DNA of 64,000 nucleotides from Antedon mediterranea (lineage: Eukaryota; Animalia; Echinodermata). Positions 58,701-64,000 of this stretch are shown here, one piece after another (position 1 is the stretch's first letter; every line of letters begins with the position of its first letter). The stretch lies in the NCBI RefSeq assembly GCF_964355755.1, contig NC_092677.1, forward strand, positions 27,205,175 through 27,269,174, given 5' to 3'. The position numbers and the translations under genes were made by a program. Under the pieces are notes generated by a model that ran no database searches, was not told the DNA's origin, and saw only the letters and a list, made by a program, of their open reading frames with translations.

Positions 58701-61700
58701 CATAACCATACCATTCTGTCAGCATATATGCCAATTTTCACATCTAATAACATGATGCTATCCTTACAATTGCCATCTACCATTAAAATACTCATTTATC
58801 ATTTGTCTGCTGACTTGAACCTCTAAATGTCTTCGGTCGACTTGTTTCATTTATATTCAAATTATCTTGTCATTTTGCATGCTCTTTTTAAGCTCTGTCT
58901 ACACTATCAAACAGGTTTGACAAAAAAAAGTGTGATGTGCCCAAATATGGTAGTGATATGACCAAATATGGTAGTGATATGACATCATCATAACCATATA
59001 TGGAGACATCACAATTTTTTGTCACATAAAGTTTAATAGTGTAGAGTTTTAACAACAATATTATTAAAAATATTTATTTAAAAATATTTTCTAAATAATA
59101 TTGTTGTTAAAACTAGTATTAATAAGATTCTTTATTCACCTTGAGACCCCTCCCCACCTAGGTGACCGTAGTGGGTACCGTTATGTACAAAGTACTAGGA
59201 GGGTAAATGGAGACTTGTTTGTGAGGGAGGTGTACTACTACTACCCACAAACATTCACACTACAGTTTGGTCTGTCCAAATCGTTAAAGAAAAAAGAGAT
59301 AGGCGTCACAGCTGTAAAATAATAGTTTTTAAGTCGCAGGTCATTCTCCCTGTCCTTCCCAACATTTACATTGCCAAATGTAGTTCTTCAGCTATAATCA
59401 TAAGATTCGCTAAGTATGAACAAATATTTTCCAATTTTCTTAATTCAAGTAAAGAGGTTGAATATATTGAATATACACAGGTGGTGTTGGCAAGCAATTA
59501 TCATTTCAATTTTAGACACACATTTCATTAAATACAGACCTATTATGCAAGGTTAATTAAGTAAGATTTAATAAGCCACTTAGGCAGAAAAGGTTTGTGA
59601 TTTCTCGGTTGTTTAACAGTTTCTTGGGACATTTAACAGAAACCAAAAAACAATTTTAGAATTTATTCTGTGTTAGTTTATGTAAAGTAGAAATTGAAAG
59701 TTAAATTAATTGAAGGTTGAAACAATACATCTATATTGTATGAGATTAATTTATGTCTGTATAGTGTAACCTTTATATTGATTATGTTTGTACGGCTAAT
59801 GATATTCTAAATTAATTTATAATATGACATGAATAGCAATGACTCTGTAGTTAACAAATGAAATTGTTGGTTTTTGTATTGTATTTACACAATCAAGCCC
59901 TTAGGCCTCGGTGTAGAGTTTGTCAGTCGGGTGTGTTTACTGAAAATGTGTGTTTTTTGCTTGCTTACACTGCAGTATATCAATCAGTAGGGTAAAAAAG
60001 TAATCCTATGAGGTTTTATATATTAGTCAATGATGGATTTAAATTGTAATTGATATCATGTTATGAAATCAACAAATTTTAAATATAGACAGGATTGAAA
60101 AAAAAAATCATTGCATAAAGGCCGACTTACAGTAACAAGCGTTAAGCGGAAAACCACATAGCTTGTCCCATGTAGAATCTGTATAAAGCTACTCCGCGTT
60201 GTGTGTAAATGGTCATTAGGAATAACATAGGGCTGTTCTATATTTGTATTACCGTTACCGCTCGTCTGTGTGAATTGGCCTTAACATTCAGCTATTGACT
60301 AATTACAGTTGTATTACCGTTACCGCTCGTCTGTGTGAATTGGCCTTAACATTCAGCTATTGACTAATTACAGGTTGAAAAATTACTAATTTTTTTTTAT
60401 TATTTCATATTATTAATATTATTTTTGGAACTAGATGGATTTATTTACAGTAATTGTAAGTTGTTGAGACTCCCCATTTTGGCAAGTTTCTATCTTTCAT
60501 TCAAACAGTTCATTCAGTGTTTTAATTTTAAAAACTATAGTATTTGTTATTGTTATTACTGCCATTAATATTAAGAATTTGAGTACTATACTACAGTAGT
60601 AATAATAACAATATGTAAACATACACTGTTATTATTATTAGCTATTCATTGCTGTTTTCGTTTCTGTTCCATTGTGATATCAAGGATAATCAATTCTTAT
60701 ATATAATGAAGAAAGTCATTTTACGTCTGCTGCACGTCGCAATGAATGAATGCGGTACATTTGATGTAACTAGCCATTAGTGAATACATTAATACAGATT
60801 AAAAATGACTTGAATGAAGAACTACAAGAATATTGGCATACTAAATTCTACTATAATGCTAATTCTACTATAATGCTTTATGCTTTAAAGGCTTAGGTTT
60901 GATTAATAAATACTATACAGTATATCTCCTTCCGTTAATTGGGGTGACCCAAAGGAGGTGTATTCATTTTTTCAGTTTTTCTGTTACCATCTTTGCTGTA
61001 TCAGTTCTATCCCAGTCCGGGAAAACCTGGATTATGACTGTTGAATTTCGCACACAAGTATGGAACAGTATTAACATAATAATCCGATGTGGGCTAAATT
61101 TGTATACATTTTTTTATTCCTTGCTTACAGTGTCCAATTTATGACCAATTTCGGAATGTTGAGTTCACCGGTGTCTACCAAACAATGACCACACAAGCCG
61201 CTATAACTGTTGAGGTAAACAACACACAATTTAACAGCAATTTGTGTCTTTGTATTAACCTCTAGTAATTTTTTAATATCGTAAAATGTGGTTCCAATTA
61301 TATATTATATTTCAACACTGTTTAATTTAATAGAGGGACTACTTTAAAGGAGGCGGAGGGCACTTCTTTGTTGTATTAGTTGTTCAGCCAGACGATAAAC
61401 AATGTGGTTATACAGAGGCAGAAACGTCAACTACAGGTAGAAACTGATTGATTTATACAGCACATATTCTGTTAGGCACATCGTAATAGTGTATTTCCAC
61501 TATTGGGGTTCTCTGGTGGTTAATTTGCCACCGGGGGTACAATTATCAATTTTAGTTTTAAACTATGAGAACATATTCAAAAGATAATGCTCTTTTTTGT
61601 GCGTTCTACTAATAGACGTGGAAACAGAGCGAGAGCAGGTTGAATGCAGTGAGAGCGAGAGCAGGGATGTGATTTGAATGCAGCGAGAGCAGGGATGTGA

Positions 61701-63701
61701 TTTGAATGCAGTGGTTATCAGTTTATCCAATTAACACATACTGCTCAATGCAAACTGATTGCTTTTTAGTCTGTAAAGTAATAAAAGGGTGGTGTGAATA
61801 AACCATTATTTGTCCATGAGAACAAAATTAATATCCTTGTTGTACAGTATTATGTCCAGGCATGATCGCTAAATAAAGTTTGCTGTGCATTTGCCAATAT
61901 TTGATTATGAAACGCATATAATTCAATTACTAGTTCTGGATTTCAATTACAAGTCGTGACATTTTGAAATTCAATTTCATCATTAAATATTATAAATAAG
62001 CCAATACATATTATAAATAAGCCAATACATATTTGATAGATAATTGATTTGATGATTTCAGGTTTTGAAACGTGAAGTCTGTGTTTCAAATTGCTGTCTA
62101 AATATAAAAATATATTCACATTGGTAATACAGTATATACTGTACTTCATTCTGTTTTATTCAATTTTCAACATATAATACATGACAACGGTGCAGCAACC
62201 TGAGGATTGCCATAAGTGCTAAGCACTATCTAATTGGCTTTCCATATACTGCACTTAAACATATAAAAATAAAAAAACATAAGAAATAAAAAATCGAAAC
62301 ATTTTGCAGCGTCAAAATTGAACAATCATTAAAATATATATATATATTATTTACAGATAAAATGTTGATGATGAGTGAAACCAAATTAATTCAATCCTTC
62401 TTTTCATGTCGTCTTTTGACGTAGTTCAGAAGAATTTAAATTGTGGAGCTATTATAAAGTTATTTATTTATTTATTCAGGTTCATCAAATATTCGTAATA
62501 AGACCATTGGTATAGTAGTGGAAGAGACATACTCATGTAAGTATTTAAATATTTTCAAAAAAATAATTGCAATTAATTTAAAACAAAAACATAGTCGTCA
62601 ATCATTAAAATATGTTTTAAATGACAGCTCTGTTATTATTAGTTAATGCTATCTTTAGTAGTATATTAAATGTTTTAGGTGTATATATGAGGTTTAGCAC
62701 AAAACAATAACATCAACAAAAATGCAAATAGTTTCTGTGTTAGTATGTTTTTGTTTGAAATTTTATTTTGTTTTTTGATATGAAACAATTAAGTTTATTT
62801 GTAATAGTTGTGTTGGAACATTTTCATTTCATAAACGTATGTATTTAGTTAATAATGAAATATATTAAAATATACAAATAAAAAAGAGAGCCATATTTTT
62901 TGGGGTTTTTTTTGCTGATGAATCATGTTTAATTTTGTATAAAATTACTCATATTCTATGACTAGGTCATGTACAGACCTTACATTAGCTATCCACTCAT
63001 TGTCGTCATCAACGTTCACTCTAAATCCTTTTCATTATAATGTCCTTGTCATCCGTATGTTCATTTTTTTAGCATCTCATGGGAATCAGCGAAGCATTTT
63101 AATAATGATAGGCAGTCTGATACTTATTGAGTTCACATTATCAAATGATCCGAAAAGCCAAACCGTTTTTTTTTTCTGTTTTGAAAACTACTACTTATAT
63201 TTATTATTCAAAAACATTTTCAACATCTTTTCATTCATCTTTTCATCTTAATCATTAATTTCATCAATAACAGTAACATTCATGTTAATAACTTCCGCTG
63301 CGTTTCTTCTTTTTTTTTAATTCATTAATACAATATTACTTGGTTACTTACTTAATTAGTTACTTACTTACTTGGTTACTTACTTGATTACTTATTGTTT
63401 ACTTACTTGGTTTCCATCTGCAAAGGCCCCCAATTTATCTTTTAAGCAATCAACATTTGGTGCAGTTATCACATTTTATGTAAGATTATTCCATCTTTCA
63501 ACAATTCTATTACCAACAAATTTATTTAAAATTTATCACTATATAAAATGAAGATGATAAAATTAAGTAATTAATGAAGCTTAATGTGTATGTTTTGTTT
63601 ACTATAGCAACAGAATATTGGCGCCCAGTTTTGGCGACTATAGGACTTATGCTTCTATTTTATCTTGTCACCGGTATCCTAGTGTTTGTGGCATCTGCCA
63701 G
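52756..63701 (+). CDS. SIDT2: SID-1 transmembrane family member (SIDT1/2-like), 5' part only; continues past the window end
   Basis: Signal peptide MWKYNVCILSTFLFLGHL. Exons AIRISV..PILFVVKQQKSVLSWAVP (54815-54930), 55490-55636, VVATPSQSQ (55902-55947), YYKFQFPDGVQSVIVRATS..CAVVSLQ (58261-58359), CPIYDQFRNVEFTGVYQTMTTQAAITVE (61131-61214), FFVVLVVQPDDKQCG (61334-61436), 62480-62537, and TM1 (63608-63701). These match the SIDT ectodomain. The symbol denotes the SIDT1/2 family. Confidence 0.9.
53100..53890. mobile_element. Same TGT..ACA element, copy 2, opposite orientation, in SIDT intron 1
   Basis: TATA|TGTTATGCGCG...CGCGCATAACA|TATA. The interior is the near-identical reverse complement of 32522-33426 with fewer TTGCGCAA units. 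Confidence 0.85.
55128..55339 (-). mobile_element. Degenerate tRNA-derived SINE
   Basis: Minus strand reads GGGGCGTGTGGCGCAG..GGTTCAAATCC, then a CTCTCCACCCAGGTGTATAA core, CCGGGGTAATAATG and a GTGCTATATAAAT tail. Confidence 0.55.
55958..56240. repeat. ~37-bp minisatellite, about 7 copies (SIDT intron)
   Basis: Unit CATGTGATTATGACATCATTATCAACATACTGTATCA. Confidence 0.9.
56878..57496 (-). mobile_element. Helentron-associated non-autonomous element (HINE/DINE-1-like)
   Basis: SubTIRs ACCTCCGCC (56904-56912) and GGCGGAGGT (57483-57491), extra inverted repeat ACCTCC at about 57475, terminal hairpin GTACTC-CGA-GAGTAC (56887-56901), (CA)n microsatellite at 57394-57455, and GACCTTGACC motifs. Confidence 0.78.
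60119..60281. mobile_element. Harbinger-like MITE (third family) whose right end is tandemly duplicated
   Basis: TAA|AGGCCGACTTACA...TGTGAATTGGCCT|TAA. The ~65-bp segment 60246-60310 is repeated at 60311-60372. A related right end lies at about 44222-44233. Confidence 0.6.
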
Positions 63702-64000
63702 GTAAGATTTTTTATCCTATCAAAATCAGAATGGGGGGGGGGAGGGGGGGGGGGCAACTCACAAACCCCCAAAATCCATATAAAAACAACAACATAATAC
63801 AGCAACTTCTATGACTTGCGTGATGTTGTTTATTTATTTTCCACAACTAATACATATATTTCTTTATAAATCATTAAGTACTATATAAATGTAGATGGTG
63901 GTCAAAAGAAATAGACTTTAAGCAGAGACCACCATTAAGACAATAGAAAAAAAACAATACAATGAGATTACTGTACAATAAATATATAAATAAAAATATA

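Overview
AT-rich, intron-containing animal DNA. It is most likely an invertebrate deuterostome (echinoderm-like), but the taxon is an inference. Seven spliced genes were reconstructed by hand from GT-AG boundaries and frame continuity: a class II POU factor (Oct1/POU2F-like, +), the m-AAA protease AFG3L2 (-), a PROSER3-like gene (+), RBM42 (-), a 3xSRCR single-pass receptor with cytoplasmic PY motifs (-), a TBRG1/NIAM homologue with an in-frame HARE-HTH domain and polyQ N-terminus (+), and the 5' half of a SID-1/SIDT gene (+, runs off the window). Introns and spacers carry many non-autonomous DNA elements: about 14 copies of a TWA-TSD Harbinger-type MITE, two TGT..ACA 4-bp-TSD elements filled with TTGCGCAA, a TAC..GTA palindromic-array element nested in a CAG..CTG element, and a Helentron/HINE carrying a tRNA-like unit. 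tRNA-derived SINEs and many minisatellites (21, 29, 35, 37, 39, 41, 72 bp) are also present. The most notable observations are the HARE-HTH/TBRG1 fusion, TAGGCCTA/CTAG tracts at gene 5' ends, octamer-site clustering in the POU gene, and C/EBP-consensus arrays carried by a transposon. Exon coordinates are manual and may be off by a few bases.
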